Source of the DNA: an uncultured Phycisphaerales bacterium | GTDB lineage: Bacteria; Planctomycetota; Phycisphaerae; Tepidisphaerales; Tepidisphaeraceae | Assembly (NCBI GenBank): GCA_963758525.1 | Contig: CAVWVQ010000003.1 | Span: forward strand, 736,001 to 800,000 | Reading direction: 5' to 3' | Length of the DNA stretch: 64,000 nt | In this document: piece by piece, positions 1 to 10,359 of the stretch | Layout of the letters: every line of letters begins with the position of its first letter | Position numbering within the stretch: position 1 is the first letter of the stretch | Program-made: the position numbers and the translations under genes | Notes under the pieces: model-generated | Database searches by the model: none | Told to the model about the DNA's origin: nothing | Seen by the model: the letters and a program-made list of their open reading frames with translations, nothing else

Positions 1-1902
1 CGCCGCGCGAAGCCGAAGCGTTTCCTGAGGCGTGAGGGCCGCGATTCCGCTGGAGGCCCCGCCGCCGGAGTAGATGCGGTCGGGAGCGAAGTTAATGGTG
101 CTGGAGATATTGTAAACGCCCGCGGCGAAGGAAATCTTGTCTCCCGGCTGGGAAGAATCGATGGCGGCCTGGATGTTTGCAGTGTCGTCGCCGCCACTGG
201 GAGTCAACCCTCCGGCGGTGCTGGGAGCCGTCGTGCTGGACGGCGTGACGCTGACGGCACCGCGGATCGGATTGCGAAATAGCGACGCCTCAAGAGAATT
301 TGAGGCCGGATCGCCGGACCCTGTTTCGCACATCACGCCCCAATACGCGGCCCAGAGCTGATCGAATGTTCCGGTATTGATCGAGGTTTTCACGGGATAG
401 TCGGTCCACGGCTCCTCAGCCCAGTAAGCCGGCGTAATCGTGTCATTCGGATTCGGCTGAACCCCGCCGGTCGTGTCTTGAATGCACACGTAGCTGCGGC
501 CCCCATATCCCGTGACCCAATCCCCAAAGGTATAGGCGACGGATGAATCCCACGCGTTGGATTGCGAACCGGTGACTGTTCGGTAGGTAAAGCGGCTGCC
601 GGAAATGCTGGACGTCTGATTTCGCGCAACCAGCAGCGGACGAATGTTGCCGCCGGCGTCATAATTGAAATTATCGCTGAACCACTGCTGCACCTGATCT
701 GCGCTGTAGGGCGAGGATCGGATCGGGGCGCCGCTGGCGGTGAAGTTGACGGACAGCCCGAGGCATTGCTCCAGAATCGAGGGGCTGGCGGCAGGGTTCA
801 TCAAGCAATAGCGATGGGCCATCGCCAGCGACTCGCCGATCGGCAGCGCCTGATAGGGGAAGGCGGACGACGCGTTGAGTCCAGGGTTGTCCAGACGCCG
901 ACCAAGCTGCATCCACATTGCTTCCAGATCAGAGCTGAACGTGTAGCTGGGCACCGCTGCCGTGCCGGTGAAATCGTAAAGCGGAATCGGGTTTGCAGTG
1001 GGAGCCGCGCTATTCCATCGGTATTGGTTCAGCGCGGTCATCTGCGTGTCGGCGGAATTTGCCGACGGGTTGCGAAGCATTCCCTTGAGGTCCACGCTGG
1101 TGGGGAAGAAATCGCCGGGGATCAGCGGCGCCGTCGTCAGCGTGCTGGCGGGCTCATAGGCAATCGAAGCGTTGACAGCCGAGCCGTTATCCAGGCTGTA
1201 CGCGCAGCCGTAGTAGGTGACGCCATTCAGTTCACCGATCGGCAGCCGCCAGAACCCGGCGTCGGCGATGCCCGAACCGCTGGCGCTGCCCGCCAGATAG
1301 GTGTGCGCGGGCGTCCCATCGGTGGTGAGCGCGGGATAGATCACCGATCCTGTTGACGTCGACACCGTGATCGACGTCGGCTGCATGTTCGTGTTGTTCT
1401 GGTATGTAAACGGCGCGGTCTGCCCCGCAGGAACATAAGGCGACTCAAACGTCGCCCCTAAGGGCGCGACCTTCAGGTACGGCCAATACGCGTTGTTGCC
1501 GCTGGCATCGGCGCTGGGGACTCGGGCGCTGATGATGCTCGAGCCCGCGGCGGACGCAGCCGTCCAGGGACTGGTCCAGGTTACCGGAGAGGCGGAGGGA
1601 GCCGTGGCAGGCGGCCCCGTGGGTGTCGCCGCATCGGCAAGGATCTGCTGCTGCTCGATCTTGCACACGGCGTCGATGAGCAGATCGATCTCGGTATTGA
1701 AAGCGTTTTGAGCGGATGAATGGCGATCCACGCGCGTGGTGGAGATGTAGGCGGTTCCCATGAGCGCCATCAGCACCAGGAGCGCAACGACAAGAATCAG
1801 CACCGAGCCTGGTCGAGCCTGACGGAAACGATGATCGATCCGCCGCGAAAGCCGCTGTCTGCCATTGGCTAGACGGCGCAAGAGGGAAGCGGGCACGCTC
1901 AT
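1..1902 (-). CDS. Large PilX/GspK-like pilus or secretion-associated protein, 5' part (runs off left edge)
   Basis: Manual translation: ATG at 1902 with GGAG upstream; the frame appears open to position 1 and is absent from the ORF track because no stop lies in the window. N-terminus GSVLILVVALLVLMALMGTAYISTT is PilX-like. Later motifs: AWDSSVAYTFGDWVTGYGGRSYVC and GGDDTANIQAAIDSSQPGDKISFAAGVY. Confidence 0.7.
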   Translation of the reverse strand, partial: MSVPASLLRRLANGRQRLSRRIDHRFRQARPGSVLILVVALLVLMALMGTAYISTTRVDRHSSAQNAFNTEIDLLIDAVCKIEQQQILADAATPTGPPATAPSASPVTWTSPWTAASAAGSSIISARVPSADASGNNAYWPYLKVAPLGATFESPYVPAGQTAPFTYQNNTNMQPTSITVSTSTGSVIYPALTTDGTPAHTYLAGSASGSGIADAGFWRLPIGELNGVTYYGCAYSLDNGSAVNASIAYEPASTLTTAPLIPGDFFPTSVDLKGMLRNPSANSADTQMTALNQYRWNSAAPTANPIPLYDFTGTAAVPSYTFSSDLEAMWMQLGRRLDNPGLNASSAFPYQALPIGESLAMAHRYCLMNPAASPSILEQCLGLSVNFTASGAPIRSSPYSADQVQQWFSDNFNYDAGGNIRPLLVARNQTSSISGSRFTYRTVTGSQSNAWDSSVAYTFGDWVTGYGGRSYVCIQDTTGGVQPNPNDTITPAYWAEEPWTDYPVKTSINTGTFDQLWAAYWGVMCETGSGDPASNSLEASLFRNPIRGAVSVTPSSTTAPSTAGGLTPSGGDDTANIQAAIDSSQPGDKISFAAGVYNISSTINFAPDRIYSGGGASSGIAALTPQETLRLRAA

Positions 1903-2408
1903 GGTGTGGACTCCAGGTGATGCAGCTCAGGGGGGCGGCCTATTTTTTGCGGCCCTATCAGCCCGCCGTGCGGGAAACAGCTCATTGCGGAAAAGAACTT
2001 CTGCCGGCGATGGCGAGGCTTGCGTCCGTTGCGCCTCGATCGGCCACGGTCCTTCTCATATTTCTTCTAGCAGGGCTGGCGCGAAAACTGGCGGGAGCGA
2101 TCAAAATCCATTCCGCTCTAACTGCTGCGCCCGGCCAACTCTACCGTCTCGCGGCTGCACGATCCGTCGGCAGTCGCCGTCGCATAGCTGGCATCAGCCT
2201 ACCCCTCGCAGGCGCGGCTGGCTGCCAATAGTCGTGAGTGTATCAAGGTCAGCAGTCCCCACGCAAGCGTAATATTGCGAAGGAAACGCCGGGAAGGACC
2301 GATAAATTTCGGATGTGAAGGATTCGTGAGCGAAGGACCGTGAATGGACTCAGCGGGGCGAGCCTTAGCTTATTATCTTCAAAGCGTGCGCAGCACTCTG
2401 AATCCTTC

Positions 2409-2516
2409 GGTTAGCTGCCTCGCTCGCGAGGTGTGTCCAGATGCGCGAATGTCACGAACCATGTCAACTTGAGCATCCGCGCCGTTGGACACGCCTCGCG
2501 GGCGAGGCGGCTAACT
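2409..2516. repeat. REP-like inverted doublet (GGTTAG...CTAAC ends)
   Basis: ggttagctgcctcgctcgcgaggtgtgtcca ... tggacacgcctcgcgggcgaggcggctaac: about 30-bp imperfect inverted arms. Confidence 0.7.
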
Positions 2517-2601
2517 AAACGATTTGGAGTGCTCCGCAGGCCGTAATGTATCCATTCCCGCTGGCAAACCCGGCGCGTGCGCGTGGGGCGGGGGCTTGCG
2601 C

Positions 2602-2640
2602 AAAAAACCGCCGCCTCGCTCTGAGAGAACGAGGCGGCGG
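2602..2640 (-). terminator. Intrinsic terminator of the FN3 gene
   Basis: Minus strand CCGCCGCCTCG-ttctctcagag-CGAGGCGGCGG followed by TTTTTT, about 35 bp past the stop at 2676. Confidence 0.8.
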
Positions 2641-2675
2641 AGGAAAGCATCACTGTTCCGCAGTGAAAATTCAGC

Positions 2676-5455
2676 TTATGCGGCGTCGGCGATAATCACC
2701 GAAATCATCGGCTGCACCTGGATGCTGACGATGGCGGGCGTCGATGCGGCGCCGGGCGAAACCGCGACGAGATAATAGTCATACTGCCAGTTCGCGGTCA
2801 CATTGGTGTCCTTGAACGAGGTCGTGCCGGCGGCGATCGTGGCAATCACGGAGTAGCCGTCTGTCCCCTTGGACGCGCGGCGGGCCAGCACGAACGTCGC
2901 GGCGCCGTCGCTGTTGTCAACCCAATTAAGGTCCACCTCATTGGAATTGGGCGACGACGCAAGCAGGAGCGAAGGAGCGGCGGGCGCCGCGGCGGCGGCG
3001 GCCACCGGGCCGGCGGCGGAATTCTGCACCTGCACGTGGGCCGCGACGGTCGGCGAAGCGACGCCCGACAACACGGCGACCAGACGGTAATCGTATTCCC
3101 AGTTCCTGGTCACATGAACGTCGGAATACGAATTCACGCCCGAGGCGATGGTGGCGATTGTCTGAAAACGACCCGCGCCGCGCGTCGCCCGGCGCTGCAG
3201 CACGTATGCAGCCTGCCCATTCGAGTTGTCGGTCCACGAAAGATCGACTTCCCCGCCGCTTGGCGAAATCGCGACGAAATTCGTCGGCGCGGCGGTGACG
3301 CCGCTGACGACCGGCGCGCTGACGCTGGCGGCGGCGAGCACTTGCGTGTGCACGGCAGCCACGTTTGAGGTAACTCCGTTCATCACGGCGGTGAGCTGAT
3401 AATCGTATTCCCACTGTGCGTTCACGTTGGTATCCGTGTAAGAGGTAGTCCCGGCGGCCAGAGTCGCGATCGTCTGGAATCCGGTCGAGCCGTGCGTGGC
3501 ACGACGCTGTAAAATGTAAGTGCCCTGGCCGCTGGTGTTGTCGGTCCAGGAAAGATCGACTTCGGCAGAGTTCGGCGAAGCCGCCGACAAGCTTGTCGGC
3601 GCGGCTGTGGCGACGGGCGTCACCACCGGCGCGGGAGTCGAGACCGCGACATCGGGAACCTGCGCGTGGACCGTGACGACGCTCGATGAAACGCCGTTGA
3701 GCACCGCAGTGAGCTGATAGTCATATTGCCACCGCGCGGTGACGCTGGTGTCCTTATAAGACGTTGCGCCAGAAGCCAGCGTGGCAATTGTTTGGAATCC
3801 GCCAGAGCCATTTGTCGCGCGGCGCTCCAGAATGTATGTTCCGGTGCCTGAGGTGCTATCCGTCCAGGAGAGATCCACCTCGGAGCTGCTGGAGGCGACG
3901 GCCGCAAAATTGGTCGCCGCGGAGACAACCGCCGCAACCACCGGAGTGCTTACAACCGGCGGAGTGACAACTGGAGTGCTGACCACTGGCGGAGTGACGA
4001 CCGGAGCGGCCTGCACCTGAACTTGCACCGAGGCGGTGTTGGACGAATCGCCGCTGACGACCGCAACAAGCTGATAGTCATATTGCCACGTCGCGGTGAC
4101 GCTCGTATCCGCGTACGAGGTCGCGCCGGCCGCGAGAGTGGCGATGGTGGTAAATCCGGCAGAGCCATTTGTCGCGCGGCGCTGCAAAACGTATGTTCCG
4201 GTGCCGGAGGTGTTGTCGGCCCACGAAAGATCGACCTCCGAGCTGCTAGGCGAGGTCGCCGCAAAATTGGTCGGAGCGGCAACGGTTGAAGCGGGCGCGG
4301 TGGTTGTTGTGCCTCCCGTGGAGGCCGAGCCCACGTTCACGCCGCTGGGCGCCGCCGGCCAGGCCGGCGCATTGGACGCGCCCATGGAATAGTCGCTGTT
4401 GCCCGAACCATGCACCCCGCTGATGGGCCACGACGCGGCATCGGCCGCGACGCCGCTGGTCCCGATCATCACGTTATTGCTGACGTTGCCGGCCCCGACG
4501 CTGGTGCCATTGAGCACGCCCGTGCCCCAGCCCCACATGTAGTTGTTGGTGATGTTGATGTCGGAATCGCCCATGATTTCGATGGCCGACTTCGCCCACA
4601 TATCCAGGCCCTGGTCCGGCCCGTTTTGCAGGATCGTATTGCCGGTGATGTTGATGTGCTCACCGAACGCCACCCACTGTCCGCTGCTGTTCTGGTAGCC
4701 GCCCGTCGCGCAGGAAATACCCATGTGCGAATCGACGCCGTTTGAATCGAGGTTGGGGACAAAGTCGCTGATCCAGTTGTTGGCGACCGTCAGATTCGTC
4801 ATCCCATCCTGCAGTTCGATGCCGATCCGCTTCGCATGCGTGATTACGTTGTTGCTGATATCGGTCGTATTGGTCGCGGCGACTAAATGAATCGGCTCCC
4901 AGACGTAGTCGAACTTGTTGTTGTCATACGTGTCGTTGTTGCCCGGAAAACCGTAGATGCCTTCTGCCGAGAGATTGGAGAAGGAATTGTGATCGAAATG
5001 CGAGTTGTAATCGCCCACCAGGTAGATGCCGCGCGCACCGTTGGTAAAGTTGTTGTTGTGGACGTTATAGGCGCCGCTTTGGCAGTGAATCTGCGCGTCG
5101 GTGAATGTGAAGCCGGTAATTTCGGTGGTGGCATCGACCCGGTGAAGCTGATCAGCTCCTCTTTGCCGGCGAAATCGCCCACGCCGCCCGATAACTGGAA
5201 CACGGCGCCATTGCCAACATAATCACGTCCGGTTGGGAAGACCGCTGCCGCCCCGGAGTTATTGGTCGCAAGAGTGTAGGTCCCCTGCTTGAAGCTGATC
5301 GTGTCGCCGACGCTGCTGTTGTTGATCTGCGACATGAAGTTCTGCGGCGTTACCGCCACAACGCTGTAGAGTTGCCGCGACTCGAGCTTCTCGAGACTGG
5401 CCTGATGATCGCTTTTCTTGTTGCGGCGACGCTTATTATTATAAGTCTTCGACAT
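2676..5455 (-). CDS. Secreted beta-helix plus five fibronectin type III repeat protein (frameshift near 5140)
   Basis: N-terminal LEKLESRQLYS (LEPR-xLL-like motif), Asn-rich beta-helix region, five APTNF..SPSSSEVDLSWxDN...WQYDYQL repeats; ORFs 4883..5455 and 2676..5018 join across one indel; GGAGG RBS. Confidence 0.8.
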
Positions 5456-5725
5456 CTCTCTCCTCCAAGCGTGACTCGGGCGCCGGTCTGCTTTCGCAGG
5501 GACGGCGCTCGTGGCTGGTGAATCCAGCCGGTGTTTGGATCGGAGGAGACCGGCCGCGCGATAATGAGAAGATGAGGCGAACCGCGCAAAATCTGCCGCC
5601 CCTGCCGCCGGGGCGTTGCCTAGCCAGCACGCACGGCACAGGCGTTGAGCCGTGCATGCCCGATAAGCGCGTCACCGGCCGATTTGGCGTTGCGGAAGGA
5701 TGTTGGATTTCACGATGCTGATAAC

Positions 5726-6547
5726 ATGCCGCGGCTGGTGAAATGCATTGCGCACATTTCTGATCTTCACTTCGGCCGGGTGGATGAACTGATTGCCGAG
5801 CAACTCGCCCTCGAGCTGAGCGAACAACCGCCGGCATTGCTGGTCATCAGCGGTGATCTCACGCAAAGAGCCCGCCCCGCCCAATATCAGGCCGCGGCCC
5901 AGTACCTGCGACGGCTGCCCCAGCCGCAACTGGTAGTCCCCGGGAACCACGACGTGCCGCTCTGGAATGTGATCCGAAGGTTTTTCGCGCCGACGGCGCG
6001 GTTTCAGACGCACATCGGCGCCCAGCTCAATCCGATCTGGCGAGACGATGAAATGGTGGTGGCCGGCCTGAACACCGCCCGCAGCCTTACCCGCACCAGC
6101 GGCTGGATTTCAGCCCCGCAATTGGAGGCGGTATGCCGGACCTTCGCGGCAGCCCCAGCATCGGTTTGGAAGATTCTCGTGACGCATCACCCGTTCATTC
6201 CCTCGCCCCTCCACCCAAAAGGGGACATTCTCGTCGGCGCCGGCGGGGCACTTGCCGAACTGGAACGCTGCGGTGTCGATCTCCTGCTGGCCGGCCATTT
6301 GCATCTGGCCTATCACGATGATGTGCGCGTCTTCCATCACGCCGCAAATCACTCGGTCCTCTCCATTCAGGCCGGCACAGCGACGAGCACCCGTCGCCGG
6401 GGCGAGCCCAACGCGTACAACCGAATTTTCCTCGAGGGCGACGACGTGCGCATCAGCGTGCGATCCTGGAATGGAAACCGTTTCGAGCAATCCGTGGAGA
6501 AGCGCTACCGCCGAATCGAAGGAATCTGGACGCCGCGGAGCGAGTAG
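5726..6547 (+). CDS. Metallophosphoesterase (calcineurin-like, CpdA/Icc-related)
   Basis: HISDLHFG, SGDLTQRA, VPGNHD, THHP and AGHLH motifs. Confidence 0.9.
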   Translation: MPRLVKCIAHISDLHFGRVDELIAEQLALELSEQPPALLVISGDLTQRARPAQYQAAAQYLRRLPQPQLVVPGNHDVPLWNVIRRFFAPTARFQTHIGAQLNPIWRDDEMVVAGLNTARSLTRTSGWISAPQLEAVCRTFAAAPASVWKILVTHHPFIPSPLHPKGDILVGAGGALAELERCGVDLLLAGHLHLAYHDDVRVFHHAANHSVLSIQAGTATSTRRRGEPNAYNRIFLEGDDVRISVRSWNGNRFEQSVEKRYRRIEGIWTPRSE

Positions 6548-6588
6548 CCGCAGCGCGGACCGCAACGTTTTGCTGCGTTTCGGTCAGC

Positions 6589-6713
6589 CAGGGTGTCAGG
6601 GTTCAGGGTTCAGCAGCAAAATTCTATGATGCTGAAACCTGAACCCCACCACTCTGAACCCTGACACCCTGAACCCTGAACCCTGAACCCTGAACCCTGA
6701 CACCCTGACACCC
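6589..6713. repeat. Heptamer/octamer tandem repeats (CCCTGAA/CCCTGACA) in inverted arrangement
   Basis: cagggtgtcagggttcagggttcag (6589-6613) facing many ccctgaa/ccctgaca units (6632-6713), between convergent genes. Confidence 0.85.
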
Positions 6714-6716
6714 TTC

Positions 6717-7345
6717 TTACCGCGAGTCTAAATGCTGCCTGATCTGCTCGGCCACCGCGCGCATTCGATTCAGCTCGACGACGTCGAACGGCCGCGACGA
6801 GAAGTCGATAATGAGCCAGTGCCCATGCAGCAGCAGTCCGACATCCGGCGGCAGCAGCGCTCGGGCCGATGACTTTGACAAACTGCGGGCGGCATCAGCG
6901 TCTACGCCAAAAAGCAAAAAACGCTCCGAGGATCCCATGAGCGGAAAAGACGCGAGCGAAAACAGATCGAGCACACTGGAGCTTGCCGTCGCGGGGCGCA
7001 AGCCGGTTGGCGTCCACGCCAGGTCGATTCTGTGAATCAGCACATGCCACGTCCCAAGCTGCACCAACGACACATCGCCCTTGCGTTCCGTCAGCGCGAC
7101 GCGAACCCCCAGCCCCGTTCCGGAAAGCAGATCGAACGGCTCCGGTCGATCTCGCAGATTGAAACGGAGCCGAAAGCCCTCGTCCCGCGCCCATTCCGCC
7201 AGCGACACCCGCTGGCGGTGCGAGGTGAATCGTTCCGCCAGCGCCAGAACATTGCCGCCGACGCCGCCAAAATAAATCCGAGCACAGAGAACACGACCAG
7301 AGAGGTCCCGGCGTGTGGCACGGATTGGTAATACCCGATGACCAT
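6717..7345 (-). CDS. Hypothetical membrane-anchored protein (frameshift near 7230)
   Basis: N-terminal TM segment SLVVFSVLGFILAASAAMFW (ORF 7091..7432) joins the globular ORF 6717..7208. Confidence 0.6.
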
Positions 7346-7523
7346 CTTTCTGAGTTGCAGTGTATAGTCAGGGTGCGGAGCAGTCGCGGGGGTCCAATAA
7401 TGAGTCGCGGACCTGCTGCACGACGACAGCACGACGACCGCCGTGCCGGCGTTACTGGAACCACGCGGAAAAGTTCATCTGATCTTTGTCTTTCGACGCA
7501 TCAAGGGTCGATAGGCATCACGC

Positions 7524-7985
7524 ATGACGCAAACGCGCTCCACCAAACCTCTTGTGCGAGATTCGCATCGGCGCCGCCGGCAGGATTTCACGCCGATCGT
7601 ACGACTGATGACCGGGCGGTATGAGTTGCGCGTCCGCAGGTGGCGCACCAAGATGAGCGGCTGCGCCTGGCGGGTCTACTACGTGAACGGCCACGTCACC
7701 AACTGGATCGAATCCCCGTTCCCCAAGACCCCCATCAGCCTGGCGATCTTCCTCCACGAAGTCGGCCACCACGCGATCGGCTTCGATCGTTACAAAAAAC
7801 GCTGCGAAGAGGAGTATCACGTCTGGCTCTGGGCCATCGACCAGATGCGCGTTCTCGGCATCGAGCCGACTGCGCAGGTCATGCGCCGCTATGAAGCGTC
7901 GATGAAATATGCCGTGGGCAAAGCGCTGCGAAGAGGCATGAAAGAACTTCCAGCGGCGTTGATGCAGTTTGCGACTGCGGCGTAG
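7524..7985 (+). CDS. Small HExxH zinc metallopeptidase-like protein
   Basis: IFLHEVGHH with downstream EEEY as candidate third ligand; 153 aa. Confidence 0.65.
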   Translation: MTQTRSTKPLVRDSHRRRRQDFTPIVRLMTGRYELRVRRWRTKMSGCAWRVYYVNGHVTNWIESPFPKTPISLAIFLHEVGHHAIGFDRYKKRCEEEYHVWLWAIDQMRVLGIEPTAQVMRRYEASMKYAVGKALRRGMKELPAALMQFATAA

Positions 7986-8067
7986 CCTTGTCGTAAAATC
8001 ATCGGGCCGCGAAGGCGAACCGAGAACCGCAAGGACCCGCGTATCGCCCGGCCGGTCAGGGCCGAGA

Positions 8068-8406
8068 TCAGATCAGCCCCTCACAGGGGTCGCTTTCCCT
8101 TCCCTCCATCCGGTCTTGATGTTCCCATCGCGGCGTCGGGGGTTTCACACCCCGGGGCCAAGCAATTGGATTCCAGCAAAAGCGGTCGCGGAAGGCGTGG
8201 TACGCCGGAGAAATGGTTACGGGAAAGCGGTCAAAGATATCCTGCCAGTGAGCGAACAGTTCGAAGGTCGCTCGGTCCGGCATGATCCCAAAGTCCCAAG
8301 CCGTGCAAATGCGGTGGACGTAGTCTGCCTTGGCAAAGTCGCCGACCAACTCCCGACGCGGAGTGTCGAGGTCGGGATAAACGCTCTGGTCAATATGAAT
8401 TGTCAT
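8068..8406 (-). CDS. Hypothetical protein
   Basis: Protein-like, aromatic-rich ORF MTIHIDQSVYPDLD...; no recognised family. Confidence 0.55.
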   Translation of the reverse strand: MTIHIDQSVYPDLDTPRRELVGDFAKADYVHRICTAWDFGIMPDRATFELFAHWQDIFDRFPVTISPAYHAFRDRFCWNPIAWPRGVKPPTPRWEHQDRMEGRESDPCEGLI

Positions 8407-8443
8407 GGCTTGCCCGCAGATGTTACTCGAATCTGTATCGCCC

Positions 8444-8483
8444 AAAAAGAAACGGAAGCCGCTTCATCGCGGCTTCCGTTTCT
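8444..8483 (-). terminator. Intrinsic terminator after the sigma factor
   Basis: agaaacggaagccgc-ttcatc-gcggcttccgtttct 15-bp stem with T-run on the minus strand. Confidence 0.8.
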
Positions 8484-8506
8484 GTTGCCTTCGCGCCGAG
8501 AAAGAT

Positions 8507-9475
8507 TCATTCGACGGCTTCGTCGGGGGTGCGCGGCTTTGTCCGCAGGACACCGTCTTCGAGTACGCCGCGAATCTTTATCAGCGCCTTGTTCTGAATC
8601 TGGCGAACGCGCTCTTTGGTGACACCGATGATCTGGCCGACTTCTTCCAGCGTCAGCGGGCTGTCGTCCTGCTGCTGCCAGTTGAATCGGCGGCGAATCA
8701 CCGTTTCTTCCACCGTTGAAAGATCGGCCAGGTTGCGATCGACAATCGCCTTGAGCTCGTCGATGCAGTCTTCCTCGACTGCGCCGCGCCGGCGATCCTG
8801 CCAATCGCTCTTTTCCATGTCCGGCTCGAACTCAACCGGGAACCGCGTACGGTGCCGGGCGCTCTTGAGCGACGTTCGGCTGAACGCCTTGAGAATCGCA
8901 CGGCAGGCGTACGTCGAGAACTTGAACCCGCGATCGACATTGAACTTGTCCACGGCGCGGATCAGCGCCATGTTTCCTTCGCTGACGATCTCGGCAAAAT
9001 CCACGTCGCCCAGCCGGGTGCGCTTGGCCATCGCCAGCACCAGTGCGAGGTTGGTTCGCACGAGGTATTCGCGGAAGTGCTCAAACCGGCGATGCCACTC
9101 GGCAACCTGATCCGCTCGTTCGCGGGTCAGTCCGTCCTTGGCGATCAACTTCTGCAGCCGGCTCAAACGCAGCTTGCAGTAGTTGAACCGGAGGAACATC
9201 AGCCGTTCCTCCTGGCCCTTCATCAGTTGGGGCGCGCCGGCGATGGAGACATCCACCGCCTCGTCGCGCGTCGGCTGATACCAGCTTGTCATTGGAAGCT
9301 GTGGCTCTACTTCGAAGTCAAACAGCTCTTTTTCGATGCGTTTGCGCCGAAAAATGGGGCTGTCCATAAATGCGAAGTTCTGCAGCAGCAGCTCTTCCAC
9401 TTTGCGACGCAGAACCCGTGGGATCGGCGTTGCGCTCCCGGGATTCACTTTTCGGGCTTCTAATACAGTGGCCAT
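8507..9475 (-). CDS. RNA polymerase sigma-70 family factor
   Basis: Region 2 NLALVLAMAKR...EGNMALIRAVDKFNVDRGFKFSTYA; region 4 LTLEEVGQIIGVTKERVRQIQNKAL. Confidence 0.92.
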   Translation of the reverse strand: MATVLEARKVNPGSATPIPRVLRRKVEELLLQNFAFMDSPIFRRKRIEKELFDFEVEPQLPMTSWYQPTRDEAVDVSIAGAPQLMKGQEERLMFLRFNYCKLRLSRLQKLIAKDGLTRERADQVAEWHRRFEHFREYLVRTNLALVLAMAKRTRLGDVDFAEIVSEGNMALIRAVDKFNVDRGFKFSTYACRAILKAFSRTSLKSARHRTRFPVEFEPDMEKSDWQDRRRGAVEEDCIDELKAIVDRNLADLSTVEETVIRRRFNWQQQDDSPLTLEEVGQIIGVTKERVRQIQNKALIKIRGVLEDGVLRTKPRTPDEAVE

Positions 9476-9756
9476 AACCGGCCTCACTTTCCAGCTACCC
9501 CTTAACAACAACCGTTCATCGGCGGGATTTATTCTACCCGCCCCCGATTCCTGCCGCAGTGCCGGAAATTTCTCCGGCGCGCCGCACCGCCGCATAATTT
9601 TTTATGCGCTCGGGGCTTAAATGTTGCATCGTGGCTCATATCTGATCCATTACAATCGCTTTCGAGCCCCATAACATCGCGGGACCGGGGTTCCACTCCG
9701 CATAACAATAATGATACCATTGCGATAACCGTCCCAATTCGGGCTGCGGAACGATC

Positions 9757-10359
9757 ATGCGTAAACTCTGCCTTGGCGGATCATTTAACCCCATTCACCA
9801 CGGGCACTTGCTGTGCGGAATGGCTGCCGTCGAGAAGCTCGGGTTCGACACCTTGGTACTCATCCCCAGCGCCGTCCCCCCCCTCAAGTCTTCAACTGCC
9901 GATATGGCACGCGCGACGGACCGGTTTGGCATGTGTCAACTGGCAACGGAGGGCGTCGCATCGATCGAAACCAATGGCATCGAGCTGCAGCGGGATACTC
10001 CCAGCTTCACCATCGACACGGTCCGCAGCCTCAAATCAGCCGGATGGGGAAAAGTAAGCTGGCTGATCGGGACCGATGTCCTTGCGACCCTCCCCCACTG
10101 GCATAACCTGCCCGCGCTGCTGCTGGAGGTGGATTTTGTCGTCATGTGCCGGCCCGGTTGGACCACCGACTGGCAAACGCTCCCTGCCGAACTGCGCCAT
10201 CTGCAGCGATCGGTGGTGACAGTCCCCCAGATTCAGATCAGCGCCACCGAGATCCGCCGGCGCGTCCGGGCTGGACTCTCCATCGACTATATGACACCGC
10301 CGGCCGTCGCCGCGTTTATCCAGGAGCGCGGCCTCTATCGCGAAGAGAATCCCCAGTGA
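9757..10359 (+). CDS. nadD: Nicotinate-nucleotide adenylyltransferase
   Basis: GGSFNPIHHGH, SFTIDTV, LIGTD and ISATEIRRR motifs. Confidence 0.95.
   Translation: MRKLCLGGSFNPIHHGHLLCGMAAVEKLGFDTLVLIPSAVPPLKSSTADMARATDRFGMCQLATEGVASIETNGIELQRDTPSFTIDTVRSLKSAGWGKVSWLIGTDVLATLPHWHNLPALLLEVDFVVMCRPGWTTDWQTLPAELRHLQRSVVTVPQIQISATEIRRRVRAGLSIDYMTPPAVAAFIQERGLYREENPQ

Noticed and set aside
562..1356. Long opposite-strand ORFs (e.g. 562..1356, 11929..12912, 38525..39877, 59738..61390)
   Set aside because: Antisense shadows of well-supported genes, expected in high-GC DNA.
2160..2230. c-di-GMP-I riboswitch upstream of the PilX-like gene
   Set aside because: A GNRA-capped hairpin is possible on the minus strand, but the GCAAA and CTAA/P3 consensus elements are missing.
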